This document shows positions 53,462-63,720 of a stretch of DNA of 64,000 nucleotides, one piece after another. Numbering within the stretch: position 1 is the stretch's first letter; each line of letters begins with the position of its first letter. The DNA is from a virus. Lineage: Duplodnaviria > Caudoviricetes. The stretch spans positions 160,001-224,000 of the IMG/VR virus record IMGVR_UViG_3300028549_001457. One strand, 5' to 3'. The position numbers and the translations under genes were made by a program. The notes beneath the pieces are model-generated. The model was not told the DNA's origin and did no database searches. It was given only the letters and a program-made list of their open reading frames with translations.

Positions 53462-54490
53462 TTGCTGTATTATCATATACATGAGTGGAGTTCGACTATG
53501 GCGGATGCTATTTCTTTTGACGAGAGTTTCTGGGTTGAAGAAATAGACCCCACAGACCCCGAATCGCTAAGTTCAGTTTCTGTGGATTATACACCAGCTT
53601 TCAATTTAGGGGTGTGTTTTAAAGACAACTTTGAGGTTTACTTAAAGTATCTAGCATTGTTGGATCCCCTTGAGGCAGACCTCCTTATCCTTTATTACTA
53701 TTGTGATAAGAAGGTTAAGGAAATAGCCAAGATTCTGAAGACTACACCTGTTAAAGTGTCAGGACTCATTAGTCAGGCTGAACAGCGTCTAGCTCTGTTA
53801 TTGCACATTAATTTACTCCTTACAACATCTGTTTTACAAGAGATAAACAAAGTAATAACTGCTGAGTATGATAGAGTTATCTTCAGGACCTTTCTGCGTG
53901 AGGTATCCCGCAGGCGCACCTCCCATGTTTTGGGATTGACATTTCACCAAGTTAGTTCCTCAATTAAACGTATCGTGGAAACTCTCTCTAAGAGTGAGTT
54001 GTCGCTTGAATTAAGGGATCTTATTAAGATTATATCCCCTAGTGTGGCATCCCCCCGAGAAACTCGCCAATTAGACCCTTCGGAGCGGGTTTGTGTTTTT
54101 GATGTTATCAGTTGCCCTCAACAAGTCTACGCTATTAGCACCCTCGCAAATCCTAAATTATCCTTGGGTAACTTTGGGGATTCCAGCACATCTCTTCTCC
54201 AAGAGTTCTCTGAGTTAGCTAACCAAGCATCCTATTTTTCAGTTAATCAAGCTATCCTGGCGCATCAACTTGGGGACTCTTCCGTAGATCTATGGGATTA
54301 CCTAGTGCCATCATTCATATCTAGACTTATTAGTGCCGATCAATTTGCGTATGTAACGCTCACAGAATCCGTTGAAATCCCTATTAATCCAGCTAAAACT
54401 GTTGTTTCTATCGTTAAGAAATCCCCTCCTCAAAAGGCCAGAAAAATAACCGTATCAAGACACTCCAAGGAAGTTTCCGCAGTAGTATAG
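53462..54490 (+). CDS. sigma-70 region 4-like HTH protein
   Basis: LDPLEADLLILYYYCDKKVKEIAKILKTTPVKVSGLISQAEQRL plus a second similar HTH. Confidence 0.6.
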   Translation: MLYYHIHEWSSTMADAISFDESFWVEEIDPTDPESLSSVSVDYTPAFNLGVCFKDNFEVYLKYLALLDPLEADLLILYYYCDKKVKEIAKILKTTPVKVSGLISQAEQRLALLLHINLLLTTSVLQEINKVITAEYDRVIFRTFLREVSRRRTSHVLGLTFHQVSSSIKRIVETLSKSELSLELRDLIKIISPSVASPRETRQLDPSERVCVFDVISCPQQVYAISTLANPKLSLGNFGDSSTSLLQEFSELANQASYFSVNQAILAHQLGDSSVDLWDYLVPSFISRLISADQFAYVTLTESVEIPINPAKTVVSIVKKSPPQKARKITVSRHSKEVSAVV

Positions 54491-54587
54491 ATTTCTTTTT
54501 AGTGAAGGCTTTAAATCCTTCCAACTGCCTAAATTTCCTTATCTAGAGTGTGGTCCTGAGTACCAGGAGTCTTGACACGAGGCCTTT

Positions 54588-54989
54588 ATGAAATTCTCTA
54601 ATGACATTATTGAGATCCCTAAGACTAGTCTCAGCCCAAATTTACGGGCAGAGATTATGTGCAATCCAGATTCCATCAATGGATTAGTGTCAGCTCATAC
54701 ATCTTCTGCGGTGGCTCAGGAGTTAGGTAATTTTGCTAGACACCTATCCAGTAAGGCAAAGTCATTTTTATCTAGAATGGGGCTCCGACGAATCACCGCG
54801 TCACTTTTTGTGAGTGCCGCTACAAACGAATATTGGGGCTTCAACAACGAGGGGAACCTCTGTCGTATGGTTGGCGATGGTGCAGATGGCGCATTTGCTG
54901 ATGGTACTATTGATGCTTTTGACCCTAAGATCCACTCCGACCTTGCAAGTGCCTACAGCATGGGTCGCCTTGAAGCTTCTCTATACTAA
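54588..54989 (+). CDS. hypothetical protein
   Basis: GAGG RBS. Confidence 0.55.
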   Translation: MKFSNDIIEIPKTSLSPNLRAEIMCNPDSINGLVSAHTSSAVAQELGNFARHLSSKAKSFLSRMGLRRITASLFVSAATNEYWGFNNEGNLCRMVGDGADGAFADGTIDAFDPKIHSDLASAYSMGRLEASLY

Positions 54990-55022
54990 TCCTTTAAATA
55001 GACACTTTAGGAAGGTCCCCCC

Positions 55023-58000
55023 ATGAGTAAAACAGAAGTAGTTCTCGCTTTTTCCCAACTTCCTGAGGACTGCCAGAACCCATTCAAGAGCCTCTACCCT
55101 GAGATTGTCCCTGAGACCCCTGTAGCTATTGTTATAGACCCAGAAGGTCGATCTCTTGACTTTACCGTGGGTGCTCGTGAAATGACCTTCGGCCCTTCAA
55201 ATGAGAACTACTCAGTATTCTTACAGGGTTGCTATAGGATGCTATTTTCAGCAGCCCAAAAACAGGGTTGGATGAATCAGTTTCCCACAGACGGTCCAGC
55301 AGCTACGGTTGCTGAAGAGGCCGCTCCCGTGGTAGCGTCCTCCCCTGCTCCACCAGCCCCTAAGCAGGCTTCTAATGTCGATATGGAAGCTAGGGTTGCC
55401 GCTCTGACAGCCAAACTTGCGAGTCTACCTAAGAGTCCCGAGGTAGAATCTATGAAGGCTAAACTAGCCTCTGTGTCAGGTAAGGTTAAAACTGCCTCCT
55501 CTGACCCCAGCCCCAAACCAGAGGACAAACTGTATGTTCGCCCTCTTGATTTTGTTAATACGCTACGAGATGACTGGAACTCCTGGGCCGATGAGCATGG
55601 TGGGCAGGAGTCTATGAATAAGCAGGGGGGAATTGATATCCTCGCAAAACATCAGGCTTCCAAGGAAGCCTCTGAGCAATTTGGGTTTACCCATGAAGCT
55701 TCTGCCCCTTGGGTAAACCCTAAGGGTCTACTAGTAGCTGATGATAGCAAGCTGGTAGCACAACTTCGAGTCAGGACCGCTGGCCTTACCACAGACTCCA
55801 ACGTTAACGGTGAGGCTCAGCTAATGGGGACTACCGAAAATCCCGTGCAAGATGTCGCAAACGGGTCCGTAAAGGAGGTGGCTACCGCGAAGTCTGCGAG
55901 TAGCCTGGACTTTCGACCTGACGTCACTACTTCTTCGGTAAAAAAAGCATACTCACCCGTAATAGCTCAGGCTGTCAATAAGTATGTTGCTGAACATGCT
56001 GGGTCCGAGGTTACTCTCCCCGAGTTAAAACAGCAGGTTAAAAGCATTACGTCCTCCTGGAAGGAAATGCTACACTACATGCAGGATTTCAGTCTCTTAA
56101 AGGCTGTTGGAACTGATAGGGTTGTTATTCTTAATCGTGACTTGGTGGCCGACTTACAAGTTCTTCCCACTAAAATGGCCGCTGCCAAGACCGCAGAGAG
56201 TTTTTATGCTAGAGTTTGGGTCAAACCGGATGGATCTCTTGTTGAAGTTAAAGGTTCTGTTAATGATGGGGTTTATCATTCCACCGTTGCCTTAGAACAG
56301 GGGTTTAATACTCAGGAAGATGCTTTTCTGGCTGGCTGGGTTAGGGCTGGATTCGTGTTTGGAACCAATGGATACATGGAGTTTAATGCAGATAAACTGC
56401 GTGATGCTCAAGTTCATGCGCTTCAAACTCATTTTAGTTTGAATGGTGCCACTGAGGTGACATTAGAAGACTACAGAGGTGGGACTTCTAGTGTATACAT
56501 TAAGGATTTCTATGAAATGAATGCACAAGCCTGTGTTAAGGAAGTTACCCGAAGAAATGCGTATGCGTCCGTGAAAAAAGCCCGTAACTGTAATGCCGAG
56601 CCTGTCACGACTACATTTGGAACTTTCCCAATTCGTATAGATTGTCCCGCTGGGTGCAAGGTCTCAGGGGTAGACCCCCAGGGGAATGCCTGGGAGAGCA
56701 TTCAGAGTGTTGATTATGGTGAGATCATCGATACCGTTGGTGGAGACGGTGAAGCCATTGACGTCTTCCTAGGGCCTGATACTAACGCACCATGGGTATT
56801 TATTGTAAACCAGACTAAATATGATGATTCCCAGGATAAGGTTGTCCCCGATGAAATTAAAGTTGGGTTAGGCTTCTGGTCATTAGAAGATGCTAGGGAT
56901 GCCTATTTAAGCATGTTTGAGAATGGATGGACTAACTATGACTCAAACATAGTCACTACCTCCACTGATTCACTGCGTGAGTGGCTTGAGTCTACCCATG
57001 GGGCTAAGAATGTAACTGCGGATGACTTTACGCTTACCACAGGAACCCCTGAAGTAGTTCAACCAACTCCTGTTGTGGCTCCGGAAGTTTTCAGAAGTAT
57101 CAGCAATGCCCCTATTACTTCTTACGTGGCCTCCGTTGATCATGACATCCCTGCACCTCATCAGGCTGATGTTCTCACCATGTTCCAAGACCCCTCTGTT
57201 AGGCCCATGGATGCTACTTCGGCTAAGGTTGCCACCTTGTTTGCTAAACAGACTGTGGATCATACCAGAGGTCATCAGGCCAGTTTTGATGCCCATACTC
57301 GCGCCTCAATTGAATCTGCTGTTAAGGTTTCCGTGGAGTCTCATAAGGCTAATTTGACTCCTGCTCGGACTTCTTCTAGTCGGATTGCTGAGATTATTAC
57401 CGCTGAACTCAATCTAGGGTATAGCCCTGAAGAGTGCGATCATAGGGCTTCTTTGGTGAGCTACTTTGGGTCCGATCAAAAGACCTTTAGGCGCACCCTG
57501 GCTAAATTGGCTGGTATTGCAGGGAATCTGGTGTTGCAGCCTAACTTCATTAAGAATTCCTGCACGGTTACCCATGCCGCTTTAAATGGTCAGCATAAAG
57601 CTACTAGGTCCAAGACCCCCTATCATGCAGTGGCTTCTACATCTGCTTGCGCTGGATGCACCAATTATAAGTGCAATTCACAAGGTGTTAAACATTGTGC
57701 TCTTTACAGTAAGCCCATAGTTGCGTCTGTTGAAGAAATGCATAAATTAGCCAATTCTGTCTGGGGTGTTTCCCAGGAAGCTATGACTCCTACTGGATTG
57801 AGTAAGAGGGCCGCTGCACACCTTGCGTCAAAGAATTCTACGGCTTCCAAGTCTCCACTCCCCACTATAACGGCTGCAGTTGATTTTGGGGATGGGGCAG
57901 AGAGTCGCCCAAGCCCTTCTTTGAAGGCATCGATTCCAACAGCTTCAGTAGCACCCAAGACATATATTGTAGCGGCTTTATCACAGGGTCAGACCCCCGC

Positions 58001-58952
58001 TAGAATTGCCGAAATCCTAGACAGATCTACTGTCCATAGTGCTTCGTTTAAGGAAGCTGCCATGGCTGAGTTGAACGCTCAGAAGGGTCTAATGGGCTTC
58101 CTAACTGTTATGCCTCATTTTGCTGGGTCGTGCAGTGTCACTCATGGGAAACATTTTGCGGCAAATGCTAAGGATAAACGCAAGTTTCCATTCCATTCTG
58201 TAACCAAGATTGCTGCTTGCTCAAAGTGTCAGAATTGCGTTAAGAATGTCTCCGGTGGGGAGCGTTGCTCTCTTTATGGAAAACCTTTGGTATCCACCCT
58301 AGCTGATATGAAGCTGGTTGCAGCGACTGCCTTCCCTGCAATGATTCCCAAGTTGGCCGCTGCCACTAAGGAAGATTTAGCCAAGGAAGCTCTTCCGTAT
58401 CTAGCTCAGAGTATTGGTGTCTCCGAGGATCACCCCTCCCTCAAGGCTTTTAACATGCCTTCTGAAAAGGTTGAACCAGAGGAAACGGAACTAGAGAATG
58501 CTGCGGTAGAAACTGAGAAGGATGTTGTTGAGGGCACTTCCAAGAATGTAATGGATATTGCAATGGAAGCCTCCAAACCTAAGACTCAGGATCTCGAAGC
58601 CATTACAACCAAGATTAAGGAAGCTTTCGTAGCTAAGAAGACCCCACAGCAAGTCTATGACAGTATGAAGATAGCTTTCAGAGCTGCCGATAGGCCTCAA
58701 CTGCAACGTTTAGTTAGTAGAATTGCTGGGCAGACCAATCTAACTCAGAGTCAATCATCTGCAAATGGTGAAGTCTATACCGAAATAACTACAAATGACA
58801 ATGTTTTTGGTGATACCCTTAAGCAATTAGCCGAAGAGCAAATAGCTAAAGAACAGCCCACCTTGACTGATGGGATCGTAGATATCAATGAAATGTCGGT
58901 TCAGTCAGATACCCCTGAAGAATTCGGCATCCTGCAAGATTACATTAGGTAG
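55023..58952 (+). CDS. large multidomain protein with inorganic pyrophosphatase-like domain and two Cys-rich repeats
   Basis: DYGEI.DTVGGDGEAIDVFLGP...DEIKV.LGF; repeated CxxCxxC...CxLYxKP. Confidence 0.65.
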   Translation: MSKTEVVLAFSQLPEDCQNPFKSLYPEIVPETPVAIVIDPEGRSLDFTVGAREMTFGPSNENYSVFLQGCYRMLFSAAQKQGWMNQFPTDGPAATVAEEAAPVVASSPAPPAPKQASNVDMEARVAALTAKLASLPKSPEVESMKAKLASVSGKVKTASSDPSPKPEDKLYVRPLDFVNTLRDDWNSWADEHGGQESMNKQGGIDILAKHQASKEASEQFGFTHEASAPWVNPKGLLVADDSKLVAQLRVRTAGLTTDSNVNGEAQLMGTTENPVQDVANGSVKEVATAKSASSLDFRPDVTTSSVKKAYSPVIAQAVNKYVAEHAGSEVTLPELKQQVKSITSSWKEMLHYMQDFSLLKAVGTDRVVILNRDLVADLQVLPTKMAAAKTAESFYARVWVKPDGSLVEVKGSVNDGVYHSTVALEQGFNTQEDAFLAGWVRAGFVFGTNGYMEFNADKLRDAQVHALQTHFSLNGATEVTLEDYRGGTSSVYIKDFYEMNAQACVKEVTRRNAYASVKKARNCNAEPVTTTFGTFPIRIDCPAGCKVSGVDPQGNAWESIQSVDYGEIIDTVGGDGEAIDVFLGPDTNAPWVFIVNQTKYDDSQDKVVPDEIKVGLGFWSLEDARDAYLSMFENGWTNYDSNIVTTSTDSLREWLESTHGAKNVTADDFTLTTGTPEVVQPTPVVAPEVFRSISNAPITSYVASVDHDIPAPHQADVLTMFQDPSVRPMDATSAKVATLFAKQTVDHTRGHQASFDAHTRASIESAVKVSVESHKANLTPARTSSSRIAEIITAELNLGYSPEECDHRASLVSYFGSDQKTFRRTLAKLAGIAGNLVLQPNFIKNSCTVTHAALNGQHKATRSKTPYHAVASTSACAGCTNYKCNSQGVKHCALYSKPIVASVEEMHKLANSVWGVSQEAMTPTGLSKRAAAHLASKNSTASKSPLPTITAAVDFGDGAESRPSPSLKASIPTASVAPKTYIVAALSQGQTPARIAEILDRSTVHSASFKEAAMAELNAQKGLMGFLTVMPHFAGSCSVTHGKHFAANAKDKRKFPFHSVTKIAACSKCQNCVKNVSGGERCSLYGKPLVSTLADMKLVAATAFPAMIPKLAAATKEDLAKEALPYLAQSIGVSEDHPSLKAFNMPSEKVEPEETELENAAVETEKDVVEGTSKNVMDIAMEASKPKTQDLEAITTKIKEAFVAKKTPQQVYDSMKIAFRAADRPQLQRLVSRIAGQTNLTQSQSSANGEVYTEITTNDNVFGDTLKQLAEEQIAKEQPTLTDGIVDINEMSVQSDTPEEFGILQDYIR

Positions 58953-58970
58953 CCCTCCGTAAGGACTCAA

Positions 58971-59690
58971 ATGGATGACCCGGCTCTTCCTCAATCGTCT
59001 CTCTCTAGAGTGCTGCCATTAGCTTTAAACGGCCCCTCTAGAGAGAGCTATTCTTCTGCCCCAGGAGTTTCTTTATCTGGGATACCCCCAGCTTCCTCAC
59101 AACCCCCCGAGGTTCATACAAAGTATGCCCTTCCGGATATTGTTGGGTTCCAAGCGTTATTAGATGACCCGAGTGCTGATATCAAGGATCTCCATGCTCA
59201 GTTAACTCGAATGATGGGGGTAATGGCCCTCATTCTAATGCAAGAAGCTGCTGCTAAGGCCCCGTCTTTTAATAGAGCCCAGACGGGATCCAGAGCGGTG
59301 GAAGCTCTTCGCGCTCTATCCATGACGCTGCAAGAGCGTGAAAAATCCCTCTATAAAGATCGGCTCGACTTTGATAGCCCTCGCTTGCAAGCCTTTATTG
59401 ATGCTCTTTGGGACCTCATTGAGAATGTCATGAAGGATTGTGGTTTCTCGGAAGATCAAGTTAATAATTTCTTTCTCGTTCTGCAAAGTAGACTACCTGC
59501 ATTTGAAGAGAAACAAAAGAAGTTTGTTAACTCAGTTTCTTTTAATGCTTCAAAACACGGTGCGGGTATTGAGCGTTCGGAAGATGCAAATCTCATGAAT
59601 AAAAAACGCGAAAAGGCTATTAAGCATGAAGACCTTGAAGGCGTTGCCATTAAGATTCCGCCCCTCCCCACCGCCGATGATCACGCCTAG
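58971..59690 (+). CDS. hypothetical helical protein
   Basis: 239 aa ORF upstream of ligase and terminase. Confidence 0.6.
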   Translation: MDDPALPQSSLSRVLPLALNGPSRESYSSAPGVSLSGIPPASSQPPEVHTKYALPDIVGFQALLDDPSADIKDLHAQLTRMMGVMALILMQEAAAKAPSFNRAQTGSRAVEALRALSMTLQEREKSLYKDRLDFDSPRLQAFIDALWDLIENVMKDCGFSEDQVNNFFLVLQSRLPAFEEKQKKFVNSVSFNASKHGAGIERSEDANLMNKKREKAIKHEDLEGVAIKIPPLPTADDHA

Positions 59691-59699
59691 GTAAAGTGT

Positions 59700-60377
59700 A
59701 TGTTAAGAGTGTCTCGCCTGTTTTTAGCTGATTCTAACCCAAGATATAAGTATCCTAGAACGTTTCATATTCCGGGGAGCCCTGGGGCTACCTCAGATGA
59801 TAAAATATTAAGTAGTATGGATCATTTTAAAGGACAAGAGGTCGTAATAACTGAGAAAATGGATGGGGAAAATACAACCATTTACCCTGACTATTTGCAT
59901 TCTCGATCACTAGATAGTAATAACCATCCCTCAAGGAATTGGGTGAAACGACTCCAGAGTGAGATTGGTTATAAGATACCTGATGGAATGCGGATCTGTG
60001 GGGAGAATGTTTTCGCCCAGCATTCACTCGGGTATGATAAGCTTCCCAGTTATTTCTTAGTGTTTAGTGTATGGGAGGGAGATACGTGTTTGTCCTGGGA
60101 TGACACGGTTCTAATTTGCAATGAACTCAATTTAAAAACAGTTCCAATTCTCTATAAAGGACCCTTTGTGGAGGATAACCTAGAGAAGAAATTTTTCTCG
60201 GGGACCTCTTCTTTTGGGGGTGGGCAGGAGGGTTTTGTAGTTAGGTTGGCTAGGGCGTTTAACCGTGCGGAATTCTCAAAAGCACTCGCTAAATGGGTGC
60301 GGCCAAATCATGTCCAAACTGAGACACACTGGACACAACAGCCAATAGTTCCTAATAAGCTAGAAGAGGGGGACTAG
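59700..60377 (+). CDS. ATP-dependent RNA ligase (Rnl2-like), MLRVS-tagged
   Basis: KYPRTFH, EKMDGEN motif I, GEN, FLVF, EGFVVR, KWVR. Confidence 0.85.
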   Translation: MLRVSRLFLADSNPRYKYPRTFHIPGSPGATSDDKILSSMDHFKGQEVVITEKMDGENTTIYPDYLHSRSLDSNNHPSRNWVKRLQSEIGYKIPDGMRICGENVFAQHSLGYDKLPSYFLVFSVWEGDTCLSWDDTVLICNELNLKTVPILYKGPFVEDNLEKKFFSGTSSFGGGQEGFVVRLARAFNRAEFSKALAKWVRPNHVQTETHWTQQPIVPNKLEEGD

Positions 60378-60424
60378 GTTTTCCTTTTAGTGATGCCCCT
60401 GGAGCATCCAAATGGAGTTCATAA

Positions 60425-63400
60425 ATGTCTTTACTTGCTAATTCACTAAATAAGCGTGTTAAGCGTAATCTGGTTTCAATTTTAGACTTTGCAGAAGCAG
60501 CGTGGGGGCCTCAAATTGAGCTAACCCCGGCACAAAGATTCTCGGTCAAGTTAATTTATAAGATACCCTTGGATGACAAGGCAAAAGTCATCCGAGTATG
60601 GGATAAGTTCAAAGAGAACTTGCTCTACACCCTTACTGAGACTGAATATCGAAAATATTTAAACGAAGAAGTTGGTAGATTAAATCTCACCCATGATATG
60701 GCTCACATAGAGGGTAACTTCAGCACTTTCATTCGCTGTTGGGGCAGGAGGTCGGGCAAAACGTGCCTACATTCCACGCTAATTAATACACACGATAATG
60801 GACTAGTTAAAATAAGTGATCTTTGGCCTCTAGAGGATAAGGTTAAGGATAACTATATGCCTCTAATTTCCCCGACTTTTGTCATGACTGATCGAGGATG
60901 GAAACAGGCTACTGAGATTTACTACGGAGGGGTTAAGAAACTCTTAAAACTGAAGCTAAGCAACGGAATCTCAGTGGAGCCTTCCCCAGAACATAAATTC
61001 AGGACCCTTGATCTTGAAGGGGCCTATGTCTGGAAATTGGCTGGGGATTTCGTGGTGGGGGATACGTTTTGTTTACTGGCTGAAACACCTATAAGTGAAG
61101 CTCCCACTTCTAAGGACACACTAGAATCAGCTCTTTTCCTTGGGATGCTCTATGGGGATGGTTGGTGGGGTGATGAGTATTCCCTGGGTTTATGCAGTCA
61201 TAAATCTGAGTGGGGGTTGGTTAACTTTGTGGATAGTTTTTTAACAACGCATGAACTTTCTCACCGTAAAAGTGTCTACACAACAAATAGCAACGTATGG
61301 GCTTGGACTATCCATGCATCTTCAGGAAGACCCTTCAAAAGGACGTGGGGTCTCACGTCATACCAGGAGAGTCAAAAAAGAGTTTCTGAAAAAATATTGG
61401 CCTTTCCCCCTGAAGCCCGTAAAGCCTTCCTCTCAGGATTGCTTGCAACAGATGGGCATGTAACTAAAGATTTAGGTCATTTTGAAATTACCCTAAAGCC
61501 TAAAGGCCTCATCGAGGATATTCAGCAGTTATTTCTCTCATTAGGTGTGCATTCAACCATCCACCAGAAAGTTGTAAAGCCTAAGCCAGGGAACCAGGGT
61601 GGAACCTATTGGAAACTTACCACGGTAGGCGCAAACACAAATAAGCTTCTGGACATCTTTAAGTATTGCCCACTAAAGCGTAAGACAGAAGAGCTATTGA
61701 CCAAGCAAGCCAAGCATTCTTATAAGTCTTCTTTCGGCGCTTACGACAATCTGCTGCCTAGATTCGAACGTATTTTCTCACAGCATTCCTTCGGCTATCA
61801 CACTGATCGCACCAAGTCATTTAAAATCACCCCTAAGGGCTTCAATGATTACTATGCCTATTATCAAAAATATCTTGAAGTCTATGCTCATGCACATACA
61901 CTGAGTGCTAGTGACCTCCTTCATTTCCAAAAAGCTAATAACCGCAGAACTACAGGGCTTGAGATTGGCAGAGCTATTTCTAAGGCTATTGCTGATTATA
62001 GGAAGGATTCTCAAGACTCTCAGATTGGACAATCACTTCCTTCACCGGAGTTTACTAAAGAACTGGAAGAACTTAAGTGGATTTTTGATACAATAATCCC
62101 GCTTGAGATTGTCTCCATTGAAGAGTCCGAGGGAGAAGTTTACGACTTACATGTTCCTGATGGGAACACCTACCTAGCAAATGGTATAGTTTCTCATAAT
62201 TCTGAGATCACCGCATTGGATATGGCATATGGGATCTACTTACTCCTTGAGAAGTATAACCCCCATGATTATTACCATATGCCACCCAACACCGAAATCT
62301 TTATCCCTGTGCTGGGAACCTCTCAGGATTCATCTAAACGAACTTTCCGCAAAGTTCGCAATATGTTGTCAAGCTCTGGATACTTCACAAACTACTGCAA
62401 CAAAGAAGATCTGCAGGAACTATTCTGTAAAATATACACACCGTTCCAGCGTGAGCAAAATGCACAGTTCCCGTCTATTATTGTTCAAGCGTTCCCTCTA
62501 TCTGAATCCCAGGTTCGTGGCCCTGCATCTTACAGGTCTGTTTGCGATGAGATCGCTCACTGGCCGCATAGGGGTGCGGTATCAGATCTAGAGGTGCTGA
62601 AGGCTATTGAACCTTCGTTAGCCACATTTAAAACTTCAGAAGACTCCCACTCTGAAGCTATGATTTTCCTGATCTCTAACGCGGGGGTGCGCTCGGGCCA
62701 GTTCTTTGAAATGATTGAAAAGGCTAAAAAAGAGGGGGATAATGCATCAGCCATTGTGTATCAGGCACCTACCTGCGAATTAAACCCTACACGAATTAGT
62801 TCTCATGAACTTTTAGCTTACTTCAATAGGTATGGTGACACCGCTTACCGTACCGAGTATCAGTCTGAATTTGTGGATTCGATCTCTCAGTGGCTCTCCA
62901 TGGAAGAGTTAAATGAGATGTTCAATCAATCCAGATCCAATAATACTATTAGACAGAATAACCCCACACTTGCATACCAGTATTTCCCTAAAGCTATCTG
63001 GCCTCAATACTTTTATGGTTTCGACTTGGGGTTGAAGAATGACGCTGCTGCGGTAGCTATTTGCCATTGGGAAACTAATGAGTTGCTGGCAACCCGTAAA
63101 TTGGTCTTTGATTATGTAGATCGTAGAAAAGCTGGAGAAGGCCAGTATGCACATAAGAAAGAGCTAACCGGGGATGATATCGTTGAATGGCTCTACCAGT
63201 TATCTCAAGTATACCCCATTGCAGATGGTGTTTATGACCAATGGTCTGGGACTCTTTTTGGGCAAATGTTAGCCAAAAAGGGCATTAAGGGCCTTAGAAT
63301 GGAATCTTTCACTGAGTCAACCAATTCCCTCGTATACCTATCCTTTCGTGCATTATCATTAAATCAAGAGCTAAATATCCCCACGCTTAACAATAAAGAT

Positions 63401-63718
63401 CTTGAGAACGAAATTCAGCTTCTGCAATGTGAGTTGCGTCCTGGGAATCGAATTAAGGTTGAGGCCCCCCACGGAGACGAATACCACGATGATAGAGCTG
63501 ACGCTATCGCAAGAGCTTGCTGGGTGGCCATGGGCTTCCTAGAGTCACGAGGGTCAGGAAAGGCTCCAGCTCAGCAGGTAACTCGTATGGGGACCGTCTC
63601 GGGTAACCCTGGGTATATGACCGACAGGGGTGCAGTTTCTCGCTACCGAGCAAGTGCCGCTAGTGACCCTAGATCCTTTGCTCGGATGATGGCTATCAAG
63701 CAGAGTAAGAAGAGATAA
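60425..63718 (+). CDS. large terminase subunit with intein
   Basis: WGRRSGKT Walker A, CDEIAH Walker B, GFDLG RNase H-like motif, HDDRADA. Confidence 0.85.
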   Translation: MSLLANSLNKRVKRNLVSILDFAEAAWGPQIELTPAQRFSVKLIYKIPLDDKAKVIRVWDKFKENLLYTLTETEYRKYLNEEVGRLNLTHDMAHIEGNFSTFIRCWGRRSGKTCLHSTLINTHDNGLVKISDLWPLEDKVKDNYMPLISPTFVMTDRGWKQATEIYYGGVKKLLKLKLSNGISVEPSPEHKFRTLDLEGAYVWKLAGDFVVGDTFCLLAETPISEAPTSKDTLESALFLGMLYGDGWWGDEYSLGLCSHKSEWGLVNFVDSFLTTHELSHRKSVYTTNSNVWAWTIHASSGRPFKRTWGLTSYQESQKRVSEKILAFPPEARKAFLSGLLATDGHVTKDLGHFEITLKPKGLIEDIQQLFLSLGVHSTIHQKVVKPKPGNQGGTYWKLTTVGANTNKLLDIFKYCPLKRKTEELLTKQAKHSYKSSFGAYDNLLPRFERIFSQHSFGYHTDRTKSFKITPKGFNDYYAYYQKYLEVYAHAHTLSASDLLHFQKANNRRTTGLEIGRAISKAIADYRKDSQDSQIGQSLPSPEFTKELEELKWIFDTIIPLEIVSIEESEGEVYDLHVPDGNTYLANGIVSHNSEITALDMAYGIYLLLEKYNPHDYYHMPPNTEIFIPVLGTSQDSSKRTFRKVRNMLSSSGYFTNYCNKEDLQELFCKIYTPFQREQNAQFPSIIVQAFPLSESQVRGPASYRSVCDEIAHWPHRGAVSDLEVLKAIEPSLATFKTSEDSHSEAMIFLISNAGVRSGQFFEMIEKAKKEGDNASAIVYQAPTCELNPTRISSHELLAYFNRYGDTAYRTEYQSEFVDSISQWLSMEELNEMFNQSRSNNTIRQNNPTLAYQYFPKAIWPQYFYGFDLGLKNDAAAVAICHWETNELLATRKLVFDYVDRRKAGEGQYAHKKELTGDDIVEWLYQLSQVYPIADGVYDQWSGTLFGQMLAKKGIKGLRMESFTESTNSLVYLSFRALSLNQELNIPTLNNKDLENEIQLLQCELRPGNRIKVEAPHGDEYHDDRADAIARACWVAMGFLESRGSGKAPAQQVTRMGTVSGNPGYMTDRGAVSRYRASAASDPRSFARMMAIKQSKKR
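60764..62200 (+). mobile_element. intein (479 aa) with LAGLIDADG homing endonuclease
   Basis: N-terminal C after SGKT; PEH block B; LGMLYGDG and LSGLLATDG; C-terminal YDLHV...NGIVSHN followed by S. Confidence 0.9.
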
Positions 63719-63720
63719 TC

